From: Candidatus Woesearchaeota archaeon
GTDB lineage: Archaea; Nanobdellota; Nanobdellia; Woesearchaeales; UBA525
DNA: 32,678 nucleotides
NCBI GenBank assembly: GCA_027371725.1
Contig: DAHXMN010000002.1
Coordinates: 1-32,678, forward strand
Direction of reading: 5' to 3'
The position numbers and the translations under genes were made by a program. Below, in pieces: positions 24,096 to 30,927 of this stretch. Numbering within the stretch: position 1 is the first letter of the stretch; every line of letters starts with the position of its first letter. Below the pieces are notes generated by a model. That model searched no databases. It was not told where the DNA came from and saw only the letters and a program-made list of their open reading frames with translations.

Positions 24096-26791
24096 CGGTC
24101 CACCTCCAGCGCCGCTTCCGTCGGTCCCCAGAGGTAGGGCACCTGCTGGACGAGCGTCACGATGATCTCGAGGTCCTGCTGGTCGAGGTTGACGAAGACG
24201 CGGCCGTCGCCGTTCAGGTCGAGCTGCTGGAGGATGTGGTAGACGCCGTAGTCGTACGCGTCGTTCGGGTCGTAGCTGCCCGTGCCGTGGCTCGCGTTCG
24301 TGTACGTGCAGTTCTTCGCGCCCGTGTAGGTCGAGGGGATGGAGAAGTTGAGGAAGTGGCCGTCCTCGAACTCCACTTCCCAGTTGCACCCTTCCGTCGT
24401 CGAGAGGACGGCGCTCCGGGGGATGGTGCTGTTGATCATGCCCGTGTAGATGATGGAGTTGTTGCCGCTGCAGTTCGTCGCGTTCCCCGAGTTGTCGGCG
24501 ATCATCATCCTGATCGTGTTGTTCGTCCCGTTGAGGAGCGCGGCGGGGATGGCGACGAGGAACGGGTCGCCGAGCGTGACGAAGTCGGCGTTGTAGTCGC
24601 TCAGGTTGTAGACCGGCTGGCCGTTGACCGAGAGGAAGGTCGTCCAGTACGGGCCGGAATAGCTCGTCACTGCTGCGTCGGTGATCCTGAGGCCGGGCGG
24701 GATGGCGAGCGTCGTCGTGCAGTTCGCGAACTGCGGCGTCTCGAACTTCACCTGGATCTCGTTCGGCGACGGCGGCGTGACGATGGGGGTGTAGTTGAAG
24801 CTGAGCGTGCTGCCCGCGAGGAGGTGGCTCGGGGCGTAGCTTCCGTTGATGACGAGCGTCTGCGCGGAGAAGTTCGCGATGAGGAGTATCTGGTCGCTGA
24901 TGTTCTGGTATATCTGTTCCAGCTGCGAGACGTTCGTCGCGTCGTAATAGAGGGAGGAGTTGCACGCGACCTGCTGCAGCAGCGTCTTGTTCGCGTCGGC
25001 GCCGAAGCCGATGGTGAAGACGGTGATGTTGTAGTTGTCGCACGCGTTCTGGCCGGCGTCGATGGTGGACTGCGGCGCGCCGGCGGTGTCGGCGGTGCCG
25101 GCGTAGTCGTCGAAGTTGTCGCAGCGGTAGTTCGGCTGTCCGTCGGTCATCACTATCATGAACCGCTTGTTCACGGAGCCATTGAGCATGTTCTTGGCGC
25201 GGTTGATGCCGCAGCAGATGCACGTGCCGCCGTTCGCGGTGTAGCCGTCGATCTGCGTGCCGAGCGCCGCCTGGTCGGTGGTGAGGTCCATCGCGTTCGT
25301 CACCTGGTCGTTGAAGCTGTCGAGGCCGACGCGGTCGCCCGAGACGTTGAGGATGATGGACGCGGCGAGCTTGTCCGCGGACTGCGCGATCTGGAGCTTG
25401 GTCCGGTTGCAGATCGTCGCGGTCGGCGTGGAGTAGCTGCCGGCCGTCCAGCCGGGGTTGCAGGCGCCGCACTCCTGGTTGCTGCAGCTCCCCGGGTAGG
25501 CGCACTGCAGGTAGTAGGAGAAGAACCACCAGCTGCACTTGTACTTGCAGAGCAGGCCGGTGTAGTTCTCGCCGCAGTCGCCCATGCTGCCGGAGACGTC
25601 GGTGACGAGCGTCGTGTCCGCCGGCTGCCCCGCCTGGACGAACGTGACGTTGGTGAAGTTCGTCGTGCCGAGGCGGAGCGGGATCGTCGCCGGCGCCCAG
25701 GAGAGGTTGTGCGCCTCGAGGATGATGTTCTGGGTCGCGTTGCTGCCCGGGCTGCTGAAGACCGTCTGGTTGCCGATCCTGAGGAAGACGGTGTAGTTGC
25801 TGTCGTACGAGAGGTTGAGGTACCAGTCGGTGATGATGCCTGGCGCGTAGAACGAGTCGTACAGGTTGATGATCCCGTCGATCTGCGGGAAGGCGTACTG
25901 GCCCCAGCCGGTCGGCGTCGTCGAGTCCTGGAACGCGTCGGTGAGGTAGCTGAGCTTGAGGTAGCCGCCGGCCACGTAGGAGTCGGCGAGCGCTCCCCGC
26001 TCGACGAGGGTGATATTGTTCATGCCGGGGACGATGTCCCCCTTGCAGCCGGTGAGGTTCCACGCCTGCACGGTCATCAGCGTGGCGTCGCTGGTGAGCG
26101 TCGTGCACGCCGCGCCGTTGACGAGGAGGTCGAAATCAGCGACGGTGTCGAGCTGCGCGGTGATGTCCGTGATCGCGGTCGCGTTGACGTCCGAGGGGAC
26201 GGGGCCGAGCTGCACGGTGATGTTGCCCTGGCCGGTGAAGCCGCCGAAGTACGCGATGACAAAGCTCTTCTTGTCCCTGATCCGCTTCAGGTAGGCGGTG
26301 CTGGTGCTGCCGGAGAGCGCCTCTCCCTGCTGGATGCCGGTGATCATGCGCTGCGCCGCCGCCCGTTCGCCGATGGCGCCGCTCCGGTTCTGCTGGAACA
26401 GCGCATCCCCGCCCATGCTGAGCGTGACGCCGACATCGCCGGGAAGGAGGCCCTGGAGCGCGTCGCGGCTGAGGTTGACGGCGAGCCCGGTCTGGTTCGT
26501 CGCCCAGAGGTCGCCGATCGCCTGGAGGACGGACACGGAAGGGTCGGGGATGGTGCCGTTGCTGACAAGCTGCTGGGCGAGCGTGCTGTTGAGATCGCCC
26601 GCCCTGATCGTCGAGAGAGCGAGGAGCGCATCCTGGGCGTAGTGGCTCGTCTGCGTGAACGGCGGCGCTTCCGCACGGAAATGGAGCGCGACGACCAGGG
26701 CGGCGAAGAGGAGGAGGCTGGCGAGGAGCGCGTCGAGCGTGAAGAGGATGGCCCGCCGGCCGCCGTGCCCTGTCCTCGCGTTCGTGGTCAT
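24092..26791 (-). CDS. prepilin-like N-terminus + von Willebrand factor A domain protein, 899 aa (TadG-like architecture)
   Basis: N-terminus GHGGRRAILFTLDALLASLLLFAALVVAL. MIDAS LVTDVSGSMGD, RFMIVMTDGQPNY and ITVFTIGFGADAN. A Cys-rich insert follows the MIDAS motif. Many sequons. GGTG SD upstream. Confidence 0.85.
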   Translation of the reverse strand: MTTNARTGHGGRRAILFTLDALLASLLLFAALVVALHFRAEAPPFTQTSHYAQDALLALSTIRAGDLNSTLAQQLVSNGTIPDPSVSVLQAIGDLWATNQTGLAVNLSRDALQGLLPGDVGVTLSMGGDALFQQNRSGAIGERAAAQRMITGIQQGEALSGSTSTAYLKRIRDKKSFVIAYFGGFTGQGNITVQLGPVPSDVNATAITDITAQLDTVADFDLLVNGAACTTLTSDATLMTVQAWNLTGCKGDIVPGMNNITLVERGALADSYVAGGYLKLSYLTDAFQDSTTPTGWGQYAFPQIDGIINLYDSFYAPGIITDWYLNLSYDSNYTVFLRIGNQTVFSSPGSNATQNIILEAHNLSWAPATIPLRLGTTNFTNVTFVQAGQPADTTLVTDVSGSMGDCGENYTGLLCKYKCSWWFFSYYLQCAYPGSCSNQECGACNPGWTAGSYSTPTATICNRTKLQIAQSADKLAASIILNVSGDRVGLDSFNDQVTNAMDLTTDQAALGTQIDGYTANGGTCICCGINRAKNMLNGSVNKRFMIVMTDGQPNYRCDNFDDYAGTADTAGAPQSTIDAGQNACDNYNITVFTIGFGADANKTLLQQVACNSSLYYDATNVSQLEQIYQNISDQILLIANFSAQTLVINGSYAPSHLLAGSTLSFNYTPIVTPPSPNEIQVKFETPQFANCTTTLAIPPGLRITDAAVTSYSGPYWTTFLSVNGQPVYNLSDYNADFVTLGDPFLVAIPAALLNGTNNTIRMMIADNSGNATNCSGNNSIIYTGMINSTIPRSAVLSTTEGCNWEVEFEDGHFLNFSIPSTYTGAKNCTYTNASHGTGSYDPNDAYDYGVYHILQQLDLNGDGRVFVNLDQQDLEIIVTLVQQVPYLWGPTEAALEVDR

Positions 26792-26883
26792 TCGTGCAGC
26801 ACCGTTCCGTCAGTCTTCATCGTTTATCGTTTATCGTCGTTCAACACCCTCGTCGTTCAATGTCCGCTCCGCACATCTCATTC

Positions 26884-28029
26884 TCATCGGTTCTCCCACA
26901 CCGTGACCGTCATGATGAGGATGCGTCCTTGGTAGGCGACGAGCCGCCGGACGGCGACGAGGTGCTGGACGCCCGTCGAAGGGATGGCGACCGCGGCGCA
27001 GTCGGCCGAGTCCTGCAGGCTGGTCGCGTTGAGGCGGTCGGCGGTGTAGTTGAGGAGCGGCTCGCCGGTCCCGTTGATCGTACCCGCGAGGCCGCCCAGG
27101 TAGTAGACGTCGCCGTCCCCGTCCGTGAAAGCGGCGGCGTAGTCCTGCTCCGCGGTGGACGCGACGAGCGACTCGTAGCGCGACTCGTTCGTGAAGGAGA
27201 TCATGGAGGCCGTCGCCGGGATGGAGCTGATGGTCTGATTGGAGAGGTTGAGGAACGTGTCGTTCACCCCCGTCCCGGCCGCGCTCGGCGAGAGGTTCGC
27301 GGGCGTGAGGTTGAGGCCGTAGAGCTCCGGCAGGCTGACGTTCCCGATGAGGAAGAGGGTGCCGCCGCGCTGCACGAAGTCCTCCAGGTCCGCGGCCTTC
27401 TGGGCGTCGTACGGCGGGGTCGTCGCAGAGAGCCGCGGCTCCTCCATGACGATGAGGTCGTAGTTCGTCCGGTCGGTGAGGAGCGCTCCCAGCCGGTCGC
27501 CCTCATAGACTGTCGCGTTGAGCGCCTCCATCGCGGGGAGGAGCTGCTCGCCGCCGGCGTCGTACGCGTAGTACGCGGTCCGGACCGGCCGCCGGAGCGG
27601 CGTCTGCTGCGCGCTCACCGACGGGCTGCCGATGAAGCAGGAGGCGCCAATCGGCACGTAGGAGCCGTCCCGCTCCTGGAGCGTGATCGCGTACTCGTAC
27701 CTCGTGTCGAGGAGCGCCTTGCTGCCGTCGTAGTCGCCCTGGGCGAGCGCCGCCAGGTATCCTGCCTTGCGCATGCTCAACCCGTCGTCGGTGAGGAGGC
27801 CTGCGGAGATGACGTCATCGCTGCGCCATGAGGGAGGGTAGCCCGCGCCCATGAGCCGCTGGGAGACGGCGTCCGCGCTCCGCGCCACGTCGCTGAAGTC
27901 GTCCGGGACGAGGACGGTCTTGACGAGCGTGGAGAGGACGACGAGGAGCGCGAAGAGGAAGAGGAGGAAGCCGACGGTGTAGTCGAAGGTCCAGACCTGC
28001 CCCCGCCGCGCGGCCCTCGTCCTCGTCAT
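26884..28029 (-). CDS. prepilin-like protein, 381 aa, with possible GATase1-like (ThuA/BatD-type) middle domain
   Basis: MTRTRAARRG|QVWTFDYTVGFLLFLFALLVVL. The middle segment NYDLIVMEEPRL...DLEDFVQRGGTLFLIGN resembles non-catalytic class-I amidotransferase-like folds (weak, by eye). GAGGAG SD lies 6 nt upstream. Confidence 0.7.
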   Translation of the reverse strand: MTRTRAARRGQVWTFDYTVGFLLFLFALLVVLSTLVKTVLVPDDFSDVARSADAVSQRLMGAGYPPSWRSDDVISAGLLTDDGLSMRKAGYLAALAQGDYDGSKALLDTRYEYAITLQERDGSYVPIGASCFIGSPSVSAQQTPLRRPVRTAYYAYDAGGEQLLPAMEALNATVYEGDRLGALLTDRTNYDLIVMEEPRLSATTPPYDAQKAADLEDFVQRGGTLFLIGNVSLPELYGLNLTPANLSPSAAGTGVNDTFLNLSNQTISSIPATASMISFTNESRYESLVASTAEQDYAAAFTDGDGDVYYLGGLAGTINGTGEPLLNYTADRLNATSLQDSADCAAVAIPSTGVQHLVAVRRLVAYQGRILIMTVTVWENR

Positions 28030-28161
28030 GGTCTTCTCCTCGACACCGTATTCAGCTCGATAGGATGTACGGAATATAAATAATGGAATATATATTTTTA
28101 AATAATTTTTATTAAATATATCATTGAAAATGTATCTTTTATAATGTATTGTTGCCGGGCA

Positions 28162-28554
28162 TCATGGTTGCGTGATGATGATGGAGCCGCCGATGGTCTT
28201 GATGGTGTCGCTCCCGATGGCGAAGGAGCCGCTCACGGGCGGGATGTCGCGCGAATAGGTCGTGCCGTCGTCGAAGGAGAGGGTGAGCGTCGAGGCATCG
28301 TTCGCGATCGCGTACTGCCTGCCGTCCAGCTCGTCGGGGAGGAGGATGGTGCGCCGGTAGCCGTCCTGCACGTTGGAGGCGAGGAGGAGCTCCTGCTGGA
28401 GCGAGGAGGCCTCGTCCTGGAGCGCAGCGAGCCCGGTCTGCCGGGAGGCGTACTCGAGGTAGGCGGCGACGAGGATGAGGACGACGGCGAAGAAGACGAA
28501 GGCGAGCATCACCATGAAGGAGAACTCGACCGCGATCTGTGCCGCGCGCGCCAT
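28162..28554 (-). CDS. minor pilin-like protein (class III signal peptide), 130 aa
   Basis: MARAA|QIAVEFSFMVMLAFVFFAVVLILVAAY. The start lies 3 nt after the stop of the upstream pilin-like gene. Confidence 0.8.
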   Translation of the reverse strand: MARAAQIAVEFSFMVMLAFVFFAVVLILVAAYLEYASRQTGLAALQDEASSLQQELLLASNVQDGYRRTILLPDELDGRQYAIANDASTLTLSFDDGTTYSRDIPPVSGSFAIGSDTIKTIGGSIIITQP

Positions 28555-28557
28555 CGT

Positions 28558-29031
28558 TCAGCCCTCCGTCACGTTGACCCGGCCGTCCGGGAGGGCGGTG
28601 ACGACGAGCGTGTGCGGCCCCTTCGTGATGCCGACCGAGCCGGTGAGATTGGCGGCGCTCCACCCGTTCTGGTCGTAGTCGCCGTGGGACGAGGAGACAG
28701 TGAACGTGACCGACGTCCCTTGGAACGAGACGGACTCCACATCGGCCGGGAGGTCGACGGTGATGGTGCGTGAGCTCGGCGCGCCGAGGTAGTAGACCGT
28801 GTCCGCGGCGTCGACGATCTGCGTGGCCGCCCGCTCGATCGAGGCGCTCGTCACCTGGTCCTGGAGCTGCGCCGTCTGGGTGAAGTAGAGGATGATCAGC
28901 GGCAGGGCGAGGAGGAGCGCGAAGCCCATGACGAAGAGGTACTCCATCGAGACCTGTCCGCGGCAGGAGAGCGGACGGCGGACGCGGAAGGGCGCGCTGC
29001 GTTGCCGACGGAGAAGCCCACCTCTTTCCAT
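28558..29031 (-). CDS. minor pilin-like protein (class III signal peptide), 157 aa
   Basis: ...RPLSCRG|QVSMEYLFVMGFALLLALPLIILYF. TATA TATTTAAA at 29054-29061 lies 23 nt upstream of ATG 29031. The pre-cleavage segment is unusually long (26 aa), so the true start could be internal and non-ATG. Confidence 0.75.
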   Translation of the reverse strand: MERGGLLRRQRSAPFRVRRPLSCRGQVSMEYLFVMGFALLLALPLIILYFTQTAQLQDQVTSASIERAATQIVDAADTVYYLGAPSSRTITVDLPADVESVSFQGTSVTFTVSSSHGDYDQNGWSAANLTGSVGITKGPHTLVVTALPDGRVNVTEG

Positions 29032-29053
29032 GCGGTGCTTCCGGGACGGCCGA

Positions 29054-29061
29054 TATTTAAA
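29054..29061 (-). promoter_or_regulatory. TATA box of the pseudopilin/VWA operon
   Basis: TTTAAATA on the minus strand, 23 nt upstream of ATG 29031. Confidence 0.6.
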
Positions 29062-29223
29062 GGTGATGGTGGAAAGAGAAAGACAGGCGGATGGAGCGCC
29101 GCCCCCGTCCTTAAGGGCGAGCATCCTTCGAAGAGAGGGGCGGGCGCGTCGCGGGGGACGCCCCCACGGGGATGCAGCGCCTACGAGCAAAACAGTGAGA
29201 TGCGAGCAGGACGGGGCGGCGCG

Positions 29224-29253
29224 GAACGAACAGTAGACGAACGAACAGTAGAC
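29224..29253. repeat. perfect 15-bp tandem duplication GAACGAACAGTAGAC x2
   Basis: Read directly at 29224-29238 and 29239-29253, in the spacer between the nop10 3' end and the pseudopilin operon promoter. Confidence 0.8.
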
Positions 29254-29277
29254 GTAAGAAATAGTGAAGAGAGATTC

Positions 29278-29538
29278 TCACTCCGCCGCTTTCCGTTTCT
29301 GGACGAAGGACGGGACGTTCGCCGCGGGCCGTTTCTCGCTCGCGGCCTTCTGCGGCACGAGTTCGGCGCGGCGCGCCTCCTCGGGGTGGAGCTCCTTGTA
29401 CTGCCGCCGGTAGTCCGCGTACCGGTCCTCAGGGCTGTATTTCGGCGGCCGCGGCGGCACCCGCCGGGAGCCGCAGGAGCACGCCTCCCCGAGGCCGTAG
29501 CTGCCGCACGCGGGGCAACGGAGTATCTGGCTCGCCAT
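29278..29538 (-). CDS. nop10: H/ACA RNP protein Nop10 with ~30-aa C-terminal extension
   Basis: LRCPACGSYGLGEACSCGSRRVPPRPPKYSPEDRYADYRR is the Nop10 Zn ribbon plus PP(K/R)FSPED motif. Sits in the conserved position after eif2a. The track ORF start 29619 overlaps eif2a and was rejected. Confidence 0.85.
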   Translation of the reverse strand: MASQILRCPACGSYGLGEACSCGSRRVPPRPPKYSPEDRYADYRRQYKELHPEEARRAELVPQKAASEKRPAANVPSFVQKRKAAE

Positions 29539-29587
29539 GGGCGCGCAAGAACCGGGGAACGTTAATAAATCTTCTGCCGGAAGGGAA

Positions 29588-30364
29588 TCACTCCCTCGCG
29601 AACGCGACCGCGCCACCATCGGTCCGCTTGACGATCGCTTCCGCGGCGGCGACCGCCCGGTCGAGGACCGCTTCGGCCTCCTTGTACTCCTCGGCAGTCA
29701 CCTCGACCTTGTAGCCGCCGCTGCCGAGATAACGGATCAAGACGCGCTTGTCGGTCTGCTCCGCGGCGGCGAGCGCCGCCTTCACCTTGTCGACGCCGTC
29801 CTCCGCGTACGTGGAGAGGGAGAGCGTGCCGCTGATCGTGACGGACTTCGGCTTGATCTTGTCGACGACGCGCGCGATGAGGGGCTCGAGGTATTCCGTC
29901 GGGATGGCGAGCGAGCGGAGGTCGCCTTCGCCGTCGACGTGCTCCTGGAACGCCATGTGGATGTACTCGTACTGCTCGAGGATCGGCTTCGCGATGGCGT
30001 CGTACAGCTTCTTCGGCTCGATCTTGAGCTCGGCGGCCATGTTCTCGATGATCTTCTCGGCCTTCTGCTCCTGCTTGATCAGCATGTTCTTCTCGCGGCG
30101 CTGGTTCTCATTGGCGCGGCGGAGGGAGAGGTCGATGTGGCCGCGCTCCTCGTTGATGCGGAGGACCTTGCAGACGATCTTCTTGTTCTCGACGACATAG
30201 TCGCGGATGTTCCTGATGCGGCCGGGCGCGACCTCGGAGATGTGGATCATGCCGCTCTTGCCGTACTCGTCGAGCACGCAGAACACGGAGTTGTACTGGA
30301 CGCCGGTCACGGTGCACATGACCAGCTCGTTCTCCTCCGGGTAGCCGTCCTTGTGGTAAAACAT
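29588..30364 (-). CDS. eif2a: translation initiation factor aIF2 alpha
   Basis: S1 domain ELVMCTVTGVQYNSVFCVLDEYGKSGMIHISEVAPGRIRNIRDY and RGHIDLSLRR. TATA 30388-30395 lies 24 nt upstream of the ATG. Confidence 0.92.
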   Translation of the reverse strand: MFYHKDGYPEENELVMCTVTGVQYNSVFCVLDEYGKSGMIHISEVAPGRIRNIRDYVVENKKIVCKVLRINEERGHIDLSLRRANENQRREKNMLIKQEQKAEKIIENMAAELKIEPKKLYDAIAKPILEQYEYIHMAFQEHVDGEGDLRSLAIPTEYLEPLIARVVDKIKPKSVTISGTLSLSTYAEDGVDKVKAALAAAEQTDKRVLIRYLGSGGYKVEVTAEEYKEAEAVLDRAVAAAEAIVKRTDGGAVAFARE

Positions 30365-30387
30365 GCCTCCGGGGCAACCGGCCGTGC

Positions 30388-30395
30388 TTTATATA
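30388..30395 (-). promoter_or_regulatory. TATA box of eif2a-nop10
   Basis: TATATAAA on the minus strand, 24 nt upstream of ATG 30364. Confidence 0.6.
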
Positions 30396-30453
30396 GTTTC
30401 CGAGAGAGAAACGAGGGAAACAAGGATTTTTTCAGTCGTATCAGCGTCTTCAG

Positions 30454-30578
30454 CAGCATCGTCGCCTTGGCACGAAACCCGGGCGCGAAGATGGTCGAGC
30501 GTTTTTGCGAGACCATGATCCTGAGCGCCCGACGAAACCTCGGACCGGAGGGAGATTGGCTAGGCCGCGACGATGCTG
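30454..30578. ncRNA. structured element A (125 nt), paralogue of element B; candidate novel ncRNA or structured repeat
   Basis: 12-bp closing stem CAGCATCGTCGC (30454-30465) pairs with GCGACGATGCTG (30567-30578). Inner stem CGGGCGC (30480-30486) pairs with GCGCCCG (30525-30531), flanked by GAA and UGA. Third stem ATGGTC/GACCAT. Shares blocks with element B. Confidence 0.4.
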
Positions 30579-30585
30579 TGCAGGG

Positions 30586-30672
30586 AAAAAAACGAAGAAG
30601 AAGAAAATGATGCGAAGAAGAACGGAAGAGGAAGAAGCGAAGAAGAGAGAGAAACGAGAAGAAAGGAGAAGT
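30586..30672 (-). terminator. long CT-rich tract ending in T7 after rps27e
   Basis: On the minus strand a pyrimidine-rich stretch starts at the stop and ends in T7 (30592-30586). Confidence 0.55.
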
Positions 30673-30673
30673 C

Positions 30674-30853
30674 CTACTCGAGGACTTCGAGGGCGCGCGC
30701 GACGACCTTCGTCTTGCCGCCGCTCGGCTCGGCGAGGACCTCGCCGCAGACGAGGCACTTGACCGTGGTGGCGGTCTTGCCGAAGACGATCTGCTCGTTC
30801 TTGCACTTGTTGCAGCGCAGCTTCAGGAACTTGCTCGTGGGATTGTTCGCCAT
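30674..30853 (-). CDS. rps27e: 30S ribosomal protein S27e (59 aa; below the ORF-track length cutoff)
   Basis: Hand translation of the minus strand gives MANNPTSKFLKLRCNKCKNEQIVFGKTATTVKCLVCGEVLAEPSGGKTKVVARALEVLE*. C4 Zn ribbon. GGAGGA SD lies 7 nt upstream. Confidence 0.9.
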   Translation of the reverse strand: MANNPTSKFLKLRCNKCKNEQIVFGKTATTVKCLVCGEVLAEPSGGKTKVVARALEVLE

Positions 30854-30900
30854 GATGACATCCTCCGTGGAACGGGATGCCCTCGAGGAACAGGGGGGCT

Positions 30901-30908
30901 TTTATAAG
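30901..30908. promoter_or_regulatory. near-palindromic TATA box (TTTATAAG) usable in both directions
   Basis: On the minus strand it lies 48 nt upstream of the rps27e ATG (leader with GGAGGA SD). On the plus strand it lies 20-27 nt upstream of the first base of structured element B (30928). Confidence 0.5.
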
Positions 30909-30927
30909 GGTTGTGGTCGGGGGAAGA

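Noticed and set aside
23115-26108. 997-aa track ORF
   Set aside because: It is a composite. Only the last 326 aa (from ATG 24095, which overlaps the VWA gene stop as ATGA) look like a real protein. Upstream the frame runs out of phase through the VWA gene and yields R/H/P/D-rich nonsense.
24236-26935. 899-aa plus-strand ORF mirroring the VWA gene. Similar long antisense or out-of-frame ORFs occur at 9035-10081, 11254-12408, 14315-15835, 15708-17444, 17864-19069, 19752-20759, 23154-24137, 26794-27831, 28144-28773, 29537-30610 and 31139-32551.
   Set aside because: Each lies opposite to, or out of frame with, a gene that has recognisable motifs, promoter/SD signals and GC3-biased codons. The translations are low-complexity (R, A, G, D, E, L, V). 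Long stop-free antisense frames are expected at this GC content.
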